A DNA stretch of 63,146 nt, the filler included, from Octopus bimaculoides (taxonomy: Eukaryota), in assembly GCF_001194135.2 (NCBI RefSeq). It is 7 parts of 7 records of this genome, joined end to end, with 100 filler letters (N's around TTAATTAATTAA, not from the genome) between each part and the next. Parts side by side here need not be neighbours in the genome. Positions count along the whole stretch, not along the records: positions 36,695 to 45,765 come from NC_068999.1; positions 45,866 to 51,591 come from NC_068998.1; positions 51,692 to 57,373 come from NC_068985.1; 4 more parts are not named here. One strand, given 5' to 3'. Each line of letters starts with the position of its first letter. Position 1 is the stretch's first letter. The translations under genes were made by a program, and so were the position numbers. The notes below the pieces were generated by a model, which was not told where the DNA came from, made no database searches, and worked only from the letters and a program-made list of their open reading frames with translations. Below are positions 38,501 to 53,364 of the stretch, in pieces.

Positions 38501-39229
38501 AGACACGATGGGTAACAAATGAGTGGAACAGAGAAAAATGCTTAATATGTCTTCCTATCAACAGCACACAAATCTTTCCTTGAATTACAGCGAACACATA
38601 CATATTATAAGCGCTATATCTTATATGATGATGTATATTCACAAAGGAGTCGCCATCGAAGAACTAGACTGATACCATCATATAAAGTAATCGATTTAAC
38701 TAATTATCGAATAGTGTGCGAACTTTTAAGTACTTAAAAGTACTTATTATATGTAGTAGAACTAATTAGTCTTAATTACTCTTAGCAATTATAACCTTTC
38801 TTAGAAGTAGTATAAAATATTACGCGCCACGAAATAATGGACCTTTTGACTCGATTCTACTTTGGTAGTTTTTACAGTAACCAATTCAGAATATATATAT
38901 CAGGCGCAAGTGTAGCTAGATGGTTAAGCTTCGCAAATATGTTTCTTCAGATTAAGATTCTGAATGTAGGTCTGGAACACAATGTGTGATATTTTACTGC
39001 ATTTTTACAAGAGATTTTTATTCTTATTCTTTAAATGTTCACGCTTTTACAAAATATACATATCAGCAAAAGAAATGACTTATTCTAAATGCATTCAAAT
39101 CACTGTTGCATATTCGGTAACTGAACTGAATTTCGAATTCAAATCACCTCCGGTAGATTAGACGATGTCACTCGGTCTACGTGTTTTGATTATACGACAA
39201 ATTAGCTGCGTCGAGTGCTAAAGAAATCT

Positions 39230-39443
39230 TACGACGTCGAGGGTTCCAGTTGATCCAATCAATGGAACAACTTGCTGGCGTAATTATTGTGCAAGTCGCT
39301 GATAACTCCTCCACAGACACGTGTACCCCTTCACATATTTCTCAGGGAGATTCAGCAAGACACTGAATGTGAGAAGGCTGGCCCATTAAAATACAGAAAC
39401 TGCTCATTTCTGCCAGCTGAACGGACTGGAGGAACGTGAAATA
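39230..39443 (-). mobile_element. SINE family D body fragment
   Basis: Ends ...ccagctgaacggactggaggaacgtgaaataa, matching cagctgagcagactagaacaatgtgaaatgaa at about 3180-3210. Confidence 0.6.
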
Positions 39444-39458
39444 ATATATGTATACATA

Positions 39459-39498
<40 letters not shown>

Positions 39499-40454
39499 CA
39501 TGTATAACCGCTGCGAAATCTGAAGCCTTTTATATATGTGTAAGTATGTGTTTATATATTCGTGACAAAACTGTGCTTATGTATGTATGTTCCTATGTAT
39601 ATACATTGTGAAAGACTGCTGCATTTTACCAAAACGTGGAATCCCTGTTCAATGTGGTGCATGAGTGAGCATGGAAATTAGCATGGAAGTAATTTTTTTT
39701 ACGCACCAATCAAAAGTGAAATGAAATATATGCGAATTGAAGAAACAACATGCGACTAGATAAAAGTCAGCTTAGACTTACATAGAAATCAATAGATCTC
39801 GAACAACACATATGGATGAAAGATAAATATTTATGAAACCACATTACAGACGCATTAGATTAATACATAAAATTGAACTAAATGTTAAAAAGAAGATAAT
39901 ATAGCTAAATAATTTAACTTCGTCAGTAATAACGTATGATATTCTCAACTGGAAGCTAAGTGAAATATCAGGACGAGACAGGAAAACAATAATGACATCA
40001 TTTAGTATATACACCACCTCAAAGGCCGTTGCATAGAGATTATAATTACCACAAATACACTGCATGACCAATTCTTCACAAACCTGGCATAAATGGATAC
40101 ATCAATCTTGCAACATTGACTCTGAGGACTTGCACTAAAAGCTGTAAAATATAATCGATATCATAGCTTCTGGCTGACCAGTCTTCGGCAAAATCAGAAT
40201 GCATATTCAAGCAGACATAACAGAGTCGGTTTATTCATATACTGTAAATAATGTCAGAATTATGCAATGTCCTCAAAGAGACACTTCACATAGAGAGATG
40301 TTCAAAATAAATAAGCTCAGTACCGCCTACGTTTTACATTAGACAGACTAATCTCCTAAATACAATCTGAACCTTCACACTGACAATGTCTTGTTAAAAG
40401 AAGAATCGTTTTCAACAGCCACCAATTTATCTTTCAAAGTAATGGTTTTATGCT

Positions 40455-40590
40455 TAAGGTGGTCGATTTGCAGCCATGCGGTTTCGGATTCGGTGTCACT
40501 ACGCAGCACATTGAATAAGTATCTTCTATTATAGTCCAAAGTAAGACCAATGGCGTGTGAGTGACTTTGATAGATAGATAGATGGAAACA
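40455..40590 (+). mobile_element. Old family A SINE head
   Basis: ggtttcggattcggtgtcactacgcagcacattgaataagtatcttctattatag...gtgtgagtgactttgataga aligns to the family A head. Confidence 0.55.
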
Positions 40591-40645
40591 GTATGGTTGC
40601 TTAACACACACACACACACATACACACACACACACACACACACAG

Positions 40646-40679
<34 letters not shown>

Positions 40680-40734
40680 ACACACACATATATATATATA
40701 TATGAGAATCTAATTTGCAATTACTTGAAATTTA

Positions 40735-40880
40735 TGCAAGCGTAGCTGTGGTAACAAATTTCCTTCCCCATCAGTTGTATGCTTGTTTAGTCCAATTGGG
40801 TAGTACATCAGGCGACGCGTGTGTTCTACTATAGACGCGAGCCAACCAAAGCCTTCCGAATGAATCTGGTACACGGATAA
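40735..40880 (+). mobile_element. Old family A SINE head
   Basis: gtgttctactatagacgcgagccaaccaaagcctt...gaatctggtacacgg. Confidence 0.5.
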
Positions 40881-40891
40881 AGACACTTGCT

Positions 40892-40950
<59 letters not shown>

Positions 40951-41389
40951 CGAACTCATTGACAGATGTGCAGAACTACTGCAACCACAATTCCTAATCT
41001 TCCCCTTATAAAAATTTGCTATTTGGACCTCAACCCAAATACGACTGAATGAAGAGGCCTCATTTATCGAACAATATAATCCGGAATCAAATATAAATCC
41101 ATATTGAAAATTAAAGATTTACGATATAAGCCAGAATTAAATGTAGACCAATATTAAGAATTACAGATTTATCACACCTTTACTCTAAAATACCTTGGTT
41201 ATCAATTATCTCCACTAGCAAAGAAAAATGCCTAATTCAGAATTTCATCCAAAACTCGAAATTTGAAAAGCGAAACCGGTTTATTATGTTTGAAGAAGAA
41301 AAAATGTATTTTGTACACTATTGTATATACTCTTGCTATTACGATTCTAATATATTTATTAGTCTTGTAAAACAAATCTTCTGTGTGTT

Positions 41390-41590
41390 TGTTCCAACTA
41401 CCATTCGTCAATCGGTGCTTGGTTTGGTTACACCCTCATAATTTAGCATTTTCACAAAAGTGATCGAAGAAATAGATACCAGACTAGAAAGCAGGTACTG
41501 GGTGGTATTTGTCCAACTAAACACCTTCACGGCTATGCTCCAGCATGGCTAGAGTCCAATGACTGCAAAAGTAAAACGCAAAAGACAAAA
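41390..41590 (+). mobile_element. Old family A SINE body
   Basis: atgctccagcatggctagagtccaatgactgcaaaagtaaaa tail. Confidence 0.6.
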
Positions 41591-43300
41591 CTAAACTATT
41601 TATGGTATTTTATTCTTTAGGGTTATTTGATGGCCTTGCTGTAAAGATGTGTTCTTCATCGCAATTTGCTCAATTGACTTCGCCTTCAAGTAAGCCATTT
41701 CGGTCTATTTACTGTGATTGTGTTTTCATGAGGTACTGATTATTTTCGTTAAATTATATATTCTGAAATGAAATCCTTGTGGCAGAACATGTAAAGTCAT
41801 ATTTTATTATACAATAAATTGGATTCTATATAATAATTGTATTGTACAAGCTTAGGTCAATTCAATAGATTATATGTTCAAGATATTTTTCAGAATTTGT
41901 CCTCTTTTCCAATCACCTGAAAAAAATATTTTCCCTCTTGTAATTGTTGATAATATTGTAAATCCTAAGAACCAAATACGTATGTTTACTCCGATGAATA
42001 AAACAGCCTTAAGAATAGTCTAGCAATACGTAAATACAAACATAACACGTTATTACCTGGGAGAAAAAAAAAAGCAAGCAAAGGTTGCTTGTATAATTTA
42101 AATGTTATAACCTTCAGCAATCCATCTGTGTATTTTTGTTTTCAATGCTGCAATTTGTTGGTGCTAAACTTCGTAGAATTTCTTCTACATTTGTTTTTAC
42201 TTCTTTCTTTAAACGTTTTGAAGTTTTAACACAACACAGGAAATTCGGTTTACGAAGCCAGCTAAATATTTGAAGTTATCAGAGATATGAGAGCGACTGA
42301 TCTAGAGTAAATGAAAGTGGTAAGCTCCAGGCTAAGTGAAACATTGAGACGGGCGTCAAACTTGACTGATACAAACAAAAGTATGTCTGCGTGTGTGTAA
42401 GCGTGTATGCGCGTATATATTTACTCAGACATATATATTTACATTTATATGATATTTACTCATACATACACATACATGCATATAAACATACATATATACA
42501 TACGTACACATATATGTGCGCGCGTATCTGTTTATCTACGTAGGAAATATACAAACAAGCCAATTTGGCAATTTCTCCACTAATGGAAACAATGAGGTGC
42601 AGCTTGAATCGATTTTCGAACATTATTAGGTTCTAATCACTTGACCAATTCAAAAAAAAGAACAAAAAAAACCATATTAGCCAATCTGTTTATATGCACG
42701 GGAAATCCAGTAACTTCAAACAACTAATGCTACTACATTGCTTCCTCTAAATACTTACCACTCTATTTCAGATCAACACCTTGTCAACGCAACGAGGGTC
42801 CCAATGCACACGGTATTAAGCAGTGATATGGTAAAATGTAACGTACATAACAGCGAGAGAAACAGGAAAGGAATACTTTGATCAATTGTCCAGTCAAACA
42901 CATTGTGATTCATTTAGACAGTAAGATAACATTACTTTGCATATGCAATATGGAAATCCGAAGTACAACCACCGAACAAATTTAATACAAGGGTACCGAG
43001 TATGATTCAATGTTTAAACAGCTTCATTAGAAATCATTAAAAAAATCACGGCTTTGATATGATATCTTAGAAATTCGATATGATAAAACTTAGATATGTT
43101 TCCACTAAAGATTGGTCATGGACATGTCTAACTGCATAGCACCACCTGATAGGATTATAGATTTTAGACTTAACTGAAAAATATAGGTAATTGAAAATGC
43201 GCTCATCGCAGGAATAACACATATAACACAAATATTTAGCGTTTACATATAAGGTATCATACTTGAGAATTATGTCATGGCTACATATGTTAATGGAATT

Positions 43301-43580
43301 GATTTGGTAGACGGAAACTGAAAGAAGCACGTCGTATATATGTATATATATATATGTATGTGTGTATATATTTGTGTGTCTATGTTTGCCCCCCCCCCCA
43401 CATCGCTTGATAACCGATGTTACGTCACCTTAACAAAGCAGTTCGGCAAAAGACACCGATAGAATAAGTACTAGGCTTACAAAGAATAAGTCCTGGGGTC
43501 GATTTGCTCGACTAGAGGCGGTGCTCCAGCATGGCCACAGTCAAATGACTGAAACAAGTAAAAGAGTAAAAAGAGTAAAG
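43301..43580 (+). mobile_element. SINE family A, 5'-truncated
   Basis: gatttggtagacggaaactgaaagaagc, microsatellite, intact body and GTAAAAGAGTAAAAGAG tail. Confidence 0.9.
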
Positions 43581-44148
43581 GTGTGTGTGTCTGTGTGTAT
43601 ACATATATATATATGTATACATATATATATATGTATACATATATATATATGTATACATATATATATATGTATACATATATATATATATGTGTATATATAT
43701 ATATATAACGAAGTGTACAATATTATACATCCACTGCGCCAGATCGGCCTGGGGATTCAACATAGTCTTATTATATAACTTGCGCTCATCAGAGATAGCT
43801 GTTATTTCATTCAATAAAAGCTTCCTCTGCTGAACGCAGAGTCACGTAATCGGACAATTACATAACACTCAGTTAAATCCTTAGCGCAAAACCGGTTGGT
43901 AAAACCGGCCTTAATGGCTATCTTATATCGTACACTTGGATTATTATACCCAATCTATTGACAGATATACGAGTGCATTTGTTCTTGACTTATGGACTTA
44001 GATGACATATGTGTGTGTGTGTGTGTGTATGAATACATCCATATATATATATACATATATATACATACAGAAAAATACATACATATTTATATATACACAT
44101 ATATATATATATATAAATATATATGTATATGCGTATACACACATACAG

Positions 44149-44182
<34 letters not shown>

Positions 44183-44247
44183 TTATATATGCGCATATAA
44201 ATGTCTATACACGTTCACATACATACATACATATGTATATATATATA

Positions 44248-44397
<150 letters not shown>

Positions 44398-44796
44398 GGA
44401 TACGTTCATACATACATAAAAGATTATATATATATATGTGGGGGGGGCGTGTGTATTCTTCCATACTATAAGAGAATATATAGAGTTTAGAAAATATAGA
44501 GAGAGGAATATATGTCGATGTAAGAGAAATACTTGATACAATAAATACCAGCCTCTATTAAAACAGAATATATCGTTTGATGTTCATCTACTGTGAAAAT
44601 TTAATTCCCGGTACTATAACGAGAAATTCCTATAAAATGCCACTCTTCTTAACTATGTCCAGTCTCTGATTCTAACGTCGACGGCTATTACTGTAGAAGC
44701 TTCAATGAATTAAATATTTCACAACCCAAATTATTCGTATTAAACGAACAGGTTTGTCTCGAAGATAAATCAGAAAACAGACAATATACGTGTGTG

Positions 44797-44835
<39 letters not shown>

Positions 44836-45765
44836 TTGTGTGTGTGTATGTGTGTGTGTTCGGATTTATGTATACGTGTGTTTATGTATGTACGTAGGTG
44901 TGTAGGTAGCTTCGTAAGTAGTTAGGTGGATGGGTAGGTAGGTGGGTCGGTGGTTGTTTATGTAGGTCGGTAGGTAGTTTTTTAAATGAGTATCATAAGA
45001 TGTGGATTTAGAGGAATCGTGCAGCCGGAAGAAGCACTGCTAAGAATTTTGACCGGCATGCTAACGTTTCTGCTACAACAAAGATTGTAGCACCAGTATC
45101 AAAAGGAGATGTAGCAACCAAAATCTCCGTCAAATAACATACAAATCTCTTCAAGAGAAATGCCGTTGTATAATTCTTATCTGTCGATATGTACACAATG
45201 TCTAAAGCAAGAAATAAAGACGTGTAAGTCAGGTTTCAATAGACATTTATCATTCATTATCTCATTCAAAGCTGCCCTCTAACTAAGCTACAAAAATAGA
45301 AAACTGTATTGTTAAAAAGACGCAAGCGGTTTATATTTTTGAACTCAATTTGGTAACTTGAGATGGTACTACATCGGTGTTTATTCTGTGAGTTCCAGAA
45401 CTGTATCATACACTACGGTTCTATTTGTACCATTGACTGGACGTATTCCAGTAAATAATTAATAAACCAATCACACAGATGTGTAAAGGAAACCTACGTA
45501 GGTCAATAGTTGTTTTTCTATATCAGTTCACTTCTCTATCGAATTCATTAATATTCATGCGTTGAAACTAGACAAGCACGGAGTTGATTAAAACGAGTAA
45601 TAAAGAAAAAAAAACAAATACGAGAAAAAATGCTACACGCACAAACGCAAAGATACACGCATGTGCACACACAGACACACGGATACGCACACACACATAC
45701 ACATACATACATATACACTTCTACCAGACACAAACAACATAAGGTATGTGATGTATATATATATA

Positions 45766-45865
45766 NNNNNNNNNNNNNNNNNNNNNNNNNNNNNNNNNNN
45801 NNNNNNNNNTTAATTAATTAANNNNNNNNNNNNNNNNNNNNNNNNNNNNNNNNNNNNNNNNNNNN
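45766..45865. other. Assembly linker
   Basis: 44 N + TTAATTAATTAA + 44 N. Confidence 0.95.
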
Positions 45866-46739
45866 GTGGCCAGCGTGACATGAATAAATAGATCTATCTA
45901 TCAGCCTATCTACCCACCCTATTCTCTTCAAAACAAAACCCCAATAAATCATCTGTTTTATATAAATGAACAAGTTGTTTGTACATTCACAAAATTTTCT
46001 TCGAGAAAGAAACGAAAGCGTTAATAATAATGAAGAGATAAAAAGAATTATAGAGGGCATTAAAACATTCGGACAGATAGACGATATAAACGCGGACAAG
46101 AGAAACAACAATTAGAGGGACAGGCAAAAAAAGACGGGTCATTTTTGGCTTTCTTTCATCAGTCAAGTCCCAGAAATAACGACCATTACGGGCAGTTACA
46201 CTTGAGATGGTTCGATCTGGTTGCCCCACAGAAAAGTCTAAGCTAAGAGCATTAGAGCCTTTGTAAGAAAGCTTGCGAATGTGTACGGCAACAAAGCCAA
46301 AAACAAAAAATAAATAAACAAAAAAACGGAGAACATGGTACACAATTACGAATACAAACAAAGTGCAATATGTAATAAAGTGATTTTATCGTTAAATGTT
46401 AACTTTCAAATAATATAAGCAGATGTTTATAGTGAACTATTTTCTAGAGCTAGACTTCCATGAGGACAAACCGTGGAGTATAACAGTTTTTAAACAGTAA
46501 TAAGATGCCTTAGGTATACCTGTGTTTGTGAGCGACGCGGGAAAATCCACGGGTGATAACTGTTCAATCTGACAGTTAATTACTTGCCGCAAACTGCATT
46601 GAAAGGGGTTAATTAAATAAAATATACGTTCCTCTTTACAATGTAATAAACAATAGAATATACATACAATTATGAGTGTGTATGTGTGCTTGTGTGTATG
46701 TGTGCTTGTGTTTGTTCCCTTACGCTGCTTGAAGCTCAC

Positions 46740-46910
46740 TGTTGGTTTGTTTACGACCCCGTAACATCCGACAAAAAAATATAGACCGATAGTATAAGTA
46801 CGAGTCATTAAAAGAATAACTACAGGGATCGATTCGTTCGATTAAACCCTCCAAGAGCGATGCCCCAGCATGGCCGCAGTCCAATGACTGAAATAATTTA
46901 AAGGTAAAGG
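46740..46910 (+). mobile_element. SINE family A body (older)
   Basis: gtttacgaccccgtaac...gaccgatagtataagtac...gccccagcatggccgcagtccaatgactgaaa. Confidence 0.75.
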
Positions 46911-47235
46911 TAGTTGATAAAACGTTATGTATTTTCTAATTTTTAAGAAATTTCATTAATTTATATTTTTAGTGCAATGTTTTGTGGTGTAATTCTGAAA
47001 ACTTCATCTTTTTTACGTTACACTTGTGTACAGATCATGTTTTTTTCGTCTTCAAAATACATCGACGGGCTGTAAAAAAAATCACTCTACACCTGCGTTC
47101 TCTCGTCAATATATTAAATCCATAGCTTCAGGCTTTCAGGTTTTTTTACTGTTTTTTTTTTTTCCTTTTCTCACTCTGAATTCCGTTCTATGTTTGCAAA
47201 GCTCCAACGATGGATGCACTTGTTTTCCACCCCTC

Positions 47236-47294
<59 letters not shown>

Positions 47295-47657
47295 NNNNNN
47301 NNNNNNNNNNNNNNNNNNNNNNNNNNNNNNNNNNNNNNNNNNNNNNNNNNNNNNNNNNNNNNNNNNNNNNNNNNNNNNNNNNNNNNNNNNNNNNNNNNNN
47401 NNNNNNNNNNNNNNNNNNNNNNNNNNNNNNNNNNNNNNNNNNNNNNNNNNNNNNNNNNNNNNNNNNNNNNNNNNNNNNNNNNNNNNNNNNNNNNNNNNNN
47501 NNNNNNNNNNNNNNNNNNNNNNNNNNNNNNNNNNNNNNNNNNNNNNNNNNNNNNNNNNNNNNNNNNNNNNNNNNNNNNNNNNNNNNNNNNNNNNNNNNNN
47601 NNNNNNNNNNNNNNNNNNNNNNNNNNNNNNNNNNNNNNNNNNNNNNNNNNNNNNNNN

Positions 47658-47711
<54 letters not shown>

Positions 47712-47860
47712 GTACGTATATATATGTATGTATATGTATCTGTATGTATGTATCTATCTATCGAGATATATATGTATATATACATACACACACACATATA
47801 TATAAGTATATATACACGCACAAATACAGGGTCATAAATATATATATGTATACATATATA

Positions 47861-48000
47861 GGCGCAGGAGTGGCTGTGTGATAAGTAGCTTGCTTACCAA
47901 CCACATGGTTCCGGGTTCAGTCCCACTACTATAGCCTCGAGCTGACCAAACAAAGTCGTGTGAGTGGATTTGGTAGACAGAAACGGAAAGATGCCCGTCG

Positions 48001-48035
<35 letters not shown>

Positions 48036-48225
48036 TTGTTTGTCCCCCTAACATCGTTTGACAACCAATGCTGGTGTGTTTACGTCTTCGTCGCTTAGCG
48101 GTTCGGCAAGACAGACCGATAGAATAAGTACTAGGCTTACAAAATATAAGTCTTGGGGTCGATTTTCTCGACTGAAGGCGGTGCTCCGGCATGGCCACAG
48201 TCAAATGACTGAAACAAATAAAAGA
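47861..48225 (+). mobile_element. SINE family A, full length with a 27-nt head deletion
   Basis: GGCGCAGGAGTGGCTGTGTG (A box), GGTTCAGTCCC (B box), (TG)n, body, tail. Confidence 0.92.
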
Positions 48226-48263
<38 letters not shown>

Positions 48264-48783
48264 ATAGATATGCATTCTTAACATACATATATGCTCGTGG
48301 TATGTGACCGATAGAAAGCCCATCGTGACTCCTTATTTAGACAGAGTTACTACAATATATACATATGTAACTCAGCGTCAGAAGACAATCTACTTTGCCA
48401 ACGTCTCTATAAACTGCGTCTTGTAATCAACCTGAATAAAATTCATTTACATATTATTTAGCGCCATAGTCGCTTCGCGTCAATTCGGCTAAGAATAATA
48501 TTTATCTTAGCCATATCAATGGGAATTACAAAAGACCGAGTTAATATATTGATTGGCTGTTTTGTCTACTGATGATCCGGTATTCGTTGCAAATGTTTGA
48601 CAAGGTCTTGTTAAAACTTGATTGTCATTCCTTCGGCTTTGTTAACGCTAACACCTTCCGAATAGAAACCTGGGATAGTGGCTAACAAGTTTCTCCACTT
48701 CAGCATTATCTAGCCTCATTCTTTTATTATTATTATTATTATTATTTAATCTCTTAATGAAGTAACAACTGCTCATGTGTTCA

Positions 48784-48816
<33 letters not shown>

Positions 48817-49349
48817 TTCTTATCATCTATTATTGGAGTAGAGTGCACATATATTTTGAAACATATGTAGGAATTAAAGGAATATTGATTATAAGCGTTT
48901 TGCTCCATTTATTATTATTCTTCATATCTACTCAAAATACATCACTTTAACTTGGTATTTCTAACTATTAACCGGGTATGATATCCCAGTTTTCGTGTAA
49001 TTTTTGCTACCCTGGTAACTATTAACGTATTTTCATTGTCGGAGTTTTTTCAACTGAGATAATATTAATATATACATAAATTTTAAGCAAAGGATCCCCA
49101 GTATCTAAAAGTTTCAATTTTATGATAAAATGAGTAATAGGCAAGAAGCATCCGGTACGTAAGTTTAAAGGAACTGTGGAATACGTACTTAATAACCATA
49201 GACTGTATTAGGTTACTCAAACAGGAATAATCTATAGATATATATCTGTCTGAGAAACCGACACCACGTTGGGGAAAACTCTAAAGTAACAGGCCACTAG
49301 CTCCGTATAAGTAAATGCATAAAGAGTGTGTGTCTGTGTCCGTGTGTGA

Positions 49350-49385
<36 letters not shown>

Positions 49386-49395
49386 NNNNNNNNNN

Positions 49396-49439
<44 letters not shown>

Positions 49440-49674
49440 ACGTCTAAATAAATATGTGTGTGTGTGTATAATTCTAAGTACAAAAACACGCATATACATA
49501 AGTATGTATACATATACATGATGACGATATTCCAATATCATGCGACGAAGTACATTGAACGCACACACGCACACATACAATGTATATATATATATGTATG
49601 TACATATGTATACATGTATGTAGATATGTGTTTGTGTATATATATTCTTTTAATATTTTATGCAGAAATCGAAG

Positions 49675-49948
49675 AAATCGACTCAGGCACTTATACTTTG
49701 TAAGCATGGTTGTCAAGCGATGGTGGGGAGACAAACAGAGACACAAAGGCACACACAAAAATATACACATATATATATATATACGACGGGCTTCTTTCAG
49801 TTTCCATCTACCAAATCCACTCACAAGGCTTTGGTCGGCGCAAGGCTATAGTAGAAGACCCTTGCCCAAGGTGCCACAGTGTGGGACTGAACCTGGAACC
49901 ATGTGGTTGGGAAGCAAACTTCTTACCATACAGACATGCCTGCACCTA
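49675..49948 (-). mobile_element. SINE family A, intact head and internally deleted body
   Basis: Reverse complement of the head through aagaagcccgtcgtata, then a partial body. Confidence 0.9.
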
Positions 49949-50149
49949 CATATAGATAGATAGATAGATAGATATGCATATATATATATATATATTTATA
50001 TATAGTCAAGCATATATATGTACATACGCACACACATACATATGTACATAGATGCATACACACACACATAAAGTAGAAAAGTAAGTTGTAATAAGCCGTT
50101 AATGTTTATGAATAAAATACGTCTGAATATATGTGTATGTGTGCTTATG

Positions 50150-50203
<54 letters not shown>

Positions 50204-51465
50204 TGTGTCTGTGTATTTCATACCCTTTTTCTTTGTTTGACTTTATTTCTTCACATTCTCCTTCCTCCTGTCATTCTTTTTCTTTGCCCNNNNNNNNNNN
50301 NNNNNNNNNNNNNNNNNNNNNNNNNNNNNNNNNNNNNNNNNNNNNNNNNNNNNNNNNNNNNNNNNNNNNNNNNNNNNNNNNNNNNNNNNNNNNNNNNNNN
50401 NNNNNNNNNNNNNNNNNNNNNNNNNNNNNNNNNNNNNNNNNNNNNNNNNNNNNNNNNNNNNNNNNNNNNNNNNNNNNNNNNNNNNNNNNNNNNNNNNNNN
50501 NNNNNNNNNNNNNNNNNNNNNNNNNNNNNNNNNNNNNNNNNNNNNNNNNNNNNNNNNNNNNNNNNNNNNNNNNNNNNNNNNNNNNNNNNNNNNNNNNNNN
50601 NNNNNNNNNNNNNNNNNNNNNNNNNNNNNNNNNNNNNNNNNNNNNNNNNNNNNNNNNNNNNNNNNNNNNNNNNNNNNNNNNNNNNNNNNNNNNNNNNNNN
50701 NNNNNNNNNNNNNNNNNNNNNNNNNNNNNNNNNNNNNNTATATATATATATATTATCGAGTTAACAAAATATTCATTATTACGAAGAGGCCATTTTGTTA
50801 CAAGTTTATGCAAATGGCGTCTTTCCTCTCCGTAACAGTTAAACGCCATTTCTGTTGCTATTGAAGTCTTTGCTATTGGAGTTTTATTATCTTGCTTCGA
50901 CTACTACTACTGCTACTACTATCATCACCATCCCCTCCACCAGTAGTAGTAGTAGTGGTGGTAGTGGTAGAGGTGGTGTGGTAGTTGTGGTGATGTTTAG
51001 TGATGGTAATACAGTTGTGCAATAAATTCGTACGAAATATTCTCACCACACATGTCGATAAGAAAGCTTTTACTTTAGTTGGTAACTTGTGTTTTTTTGT
51101 ATTTGTTAAGGTGTGTTGTTTCTGTTTAGTTTTATTTATACTCCTCCTTTCGTTTTGTTTTGCTTTTGTTTTGTGTCTTCTTCGTTCCCTCATTCATTCA
51201 TTCATGTATCCTTTTTATAGAATTATTGAAGTTATATCTTTACGTTTATGGAGTGGAACTTCCACAGACAAAACGACATACATAACTCACACAAGCACAT
51301 TTTCACACAAACACTATCTCACATTCACACTCTCTGACACAAGCAAACACACACACACACACGCACACACACATGTATATATGTATATATATATATACGT
51401 ATATATACATATATATATATGTATATATATATATTTATATATGTATATATATATATTTATATATG

Positions 51466-51514
<49 letters not shown>

Positions 51515-51523
51515 TTATATATG

Positions 51524-51558
<35 letters not shown>

Positions 51559-51591
51559 TTATGTATATATATATATATGTATATATATATA

Positions 51592-51691
51592 NNNNNNNNN
51601 NNNNNNNNNNNNNNNNNNNNNNNNNNNNNNNNNNNTTAATTAATTAANNNNNNNNNNNNNNNNNNNNNNNNNNNNNNNNNNNNNNNNNNNN
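51592..51691. other. Assembly linker
   Basis: 44 N + TTAATTAATTAA + 44 N. Confidence 0.95.
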
Positions 51692-51875
51692 TTCAATACC
51701 GAGTTTATTAATATTAACTTCAATACCGAGTTTATTAATATTAACTTCAATACCGAGTTTATTAATATTAACTTCAATACCGAGTTTATTAATATTAACT
51801 TCAATACTGTGTTTATTAATATTAACTTCAATACCGAGTTCAATACTGAGTTTGTTAACTTCAATACTGAGTTAT
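51692..51875. repeat. 27-nt minisatellite TTCAATACCGAGTTTATTAATATTAAC, 5 full units plus degraded partial units
   Basis: Units start at 51692, 51719, 51746, 51773 and 51800; partial units at 51827, 51839 and 51860. Confidence 0.95.
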
Positions 51876-53364
51876 ACCATTTCTGAAAAGTTAAAAGCAA
51901 AAAATTTCTTTCAAAGTGGAGCCGATGCAAGAGGTTTGGACTTGCTTCAAGACTGACTGCAAAGACTGATACATAAGTGATAACAGTAGATAAGTCACAC
52001 TCCATTCAATGTATTTATAAGCATAATAAATTACATGTATACATTGCATACATATATGTACATAAGATAGTGTGAGCATAGAAGTTTGTGTATGTGTGTG
52101 TAGATAGTTGAGTATGGAGGGATCATTGTGTGTATGTCTATGTGTGAATATTTGGGCTGGTGGTAATATGCACATGCATGCTAGCATGTGTTTATAAATA
52201 TTTTAGTTTCAACTTTTGAATTGTATGCTATAACTGTAAATTATGTACATACTAATGTGAATTAATTGTAAACTGTAAATTATAATATTGTCACTCCTTG
52301 CCAATATAATCTAACAAAGTCCCAAAAACATAGCATTGTGGTTTTAAATTCTAAGCTTGGTACAAAGAAATTAATTGGTGCTATTAAACTGCCACTATTA
52401 ACTGTCTTTAACATACAGCATCTAATAGGATTACAGCTGGCCAGTAAAGAACTACATANNNNNNNNNNNNNNNNNNNNNNNNNNNNNNNNNNNNNNNNNN
52501 NNNNNNNNNNNNNNNNNNNNNNNNNNNNNNNNNNNNNNNNNNNNNNNNNNNNNNNNNNNNNNNNNNNNNNNNNNNNNNNNNNNNNNNNNNNNNNNNNNNN
52601 NNNNNNNNNNNNNNNNNNNNNNNNNNNNNNNNNNNNNNNNNNNNNNNNNNNNNNNNNNNNNNNNNNNNNNNNNNNNNNNNNNNNNNNNNNNNNNNNNNNN
52701 NNNNNNNNNNNNNNNNNNNNNNNNNNNNNNNNNNNNNNNNNNNNNNNNNNNNNNNNNNNNNNNNNNNNNNNNNNNNNNNNNNNNNNNNNNNNNNNNNNNN
52801 NNNNNNNNNNNNNNNNNNNNNNNNNNNNNNNNNNNNNNNNNNNNNNNNNNNNNNNNNNNNNNNNNNNNNNNNNNNNNNNNNNNNNNNNNNNNNNNNNNNN
52901 NNNNNNNNNNNNNNNNNNNNNNNNNNNNNNNNNNNNNNNNNNNNNNNNNNNNNNNNNNNNNNNNNNNNNNNNNNNNNNNNNNNNNNNNNNNNNNNNNNNN
53001 NNNNNNNNNNNNNNNNNNNNNNNNNNNNNNNNNNNNNNNNNNNNNNNNNNNNNNNNNNNNNNNNNNNNNNNNNNNNNNNNNNNNNNNNNNNNNNNNNNNN
53101 NNNNNNNNNNNNNNNNNNNNNNNNNNNNNNNNNNNNNNNNNNNNNNNNNNNNNNNNNNNNNNNNNNNNNNNNNNNNNNNNNNNNNNNNNNNNNNNNNNNN
53201 NNNNNNNNNNNNNNNNNNNNNNNNNNNNNNNNNNNNNNNNNNNNNNNNNNNNNNNNNNNNNNNNNNNNNNNNNNNNNNNNNNNNNNNNNNNNNNNNNNNN
53301 NNNNNNNNNNNNNNNNNNNNNNNNNNNNNNNNNNNNNNNNNNNNNNNNNNNNNNNNNNNNNNNN

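Noticed and set aside
45987-46361. 124-aa minus-strand ORF with hydrophobic ends
   Set aside because: The hydrophobic parts come from A/T-rich low-complexity DNA, there is no usable donor for the central part, and no family is recognised.
47861-47930. tRNA-like A/B boxes (here and in other SINE heads)
   Set aside because: No cloverleaf or anticodon arm can be folded; these are SINE promoters, not tRNA genes.
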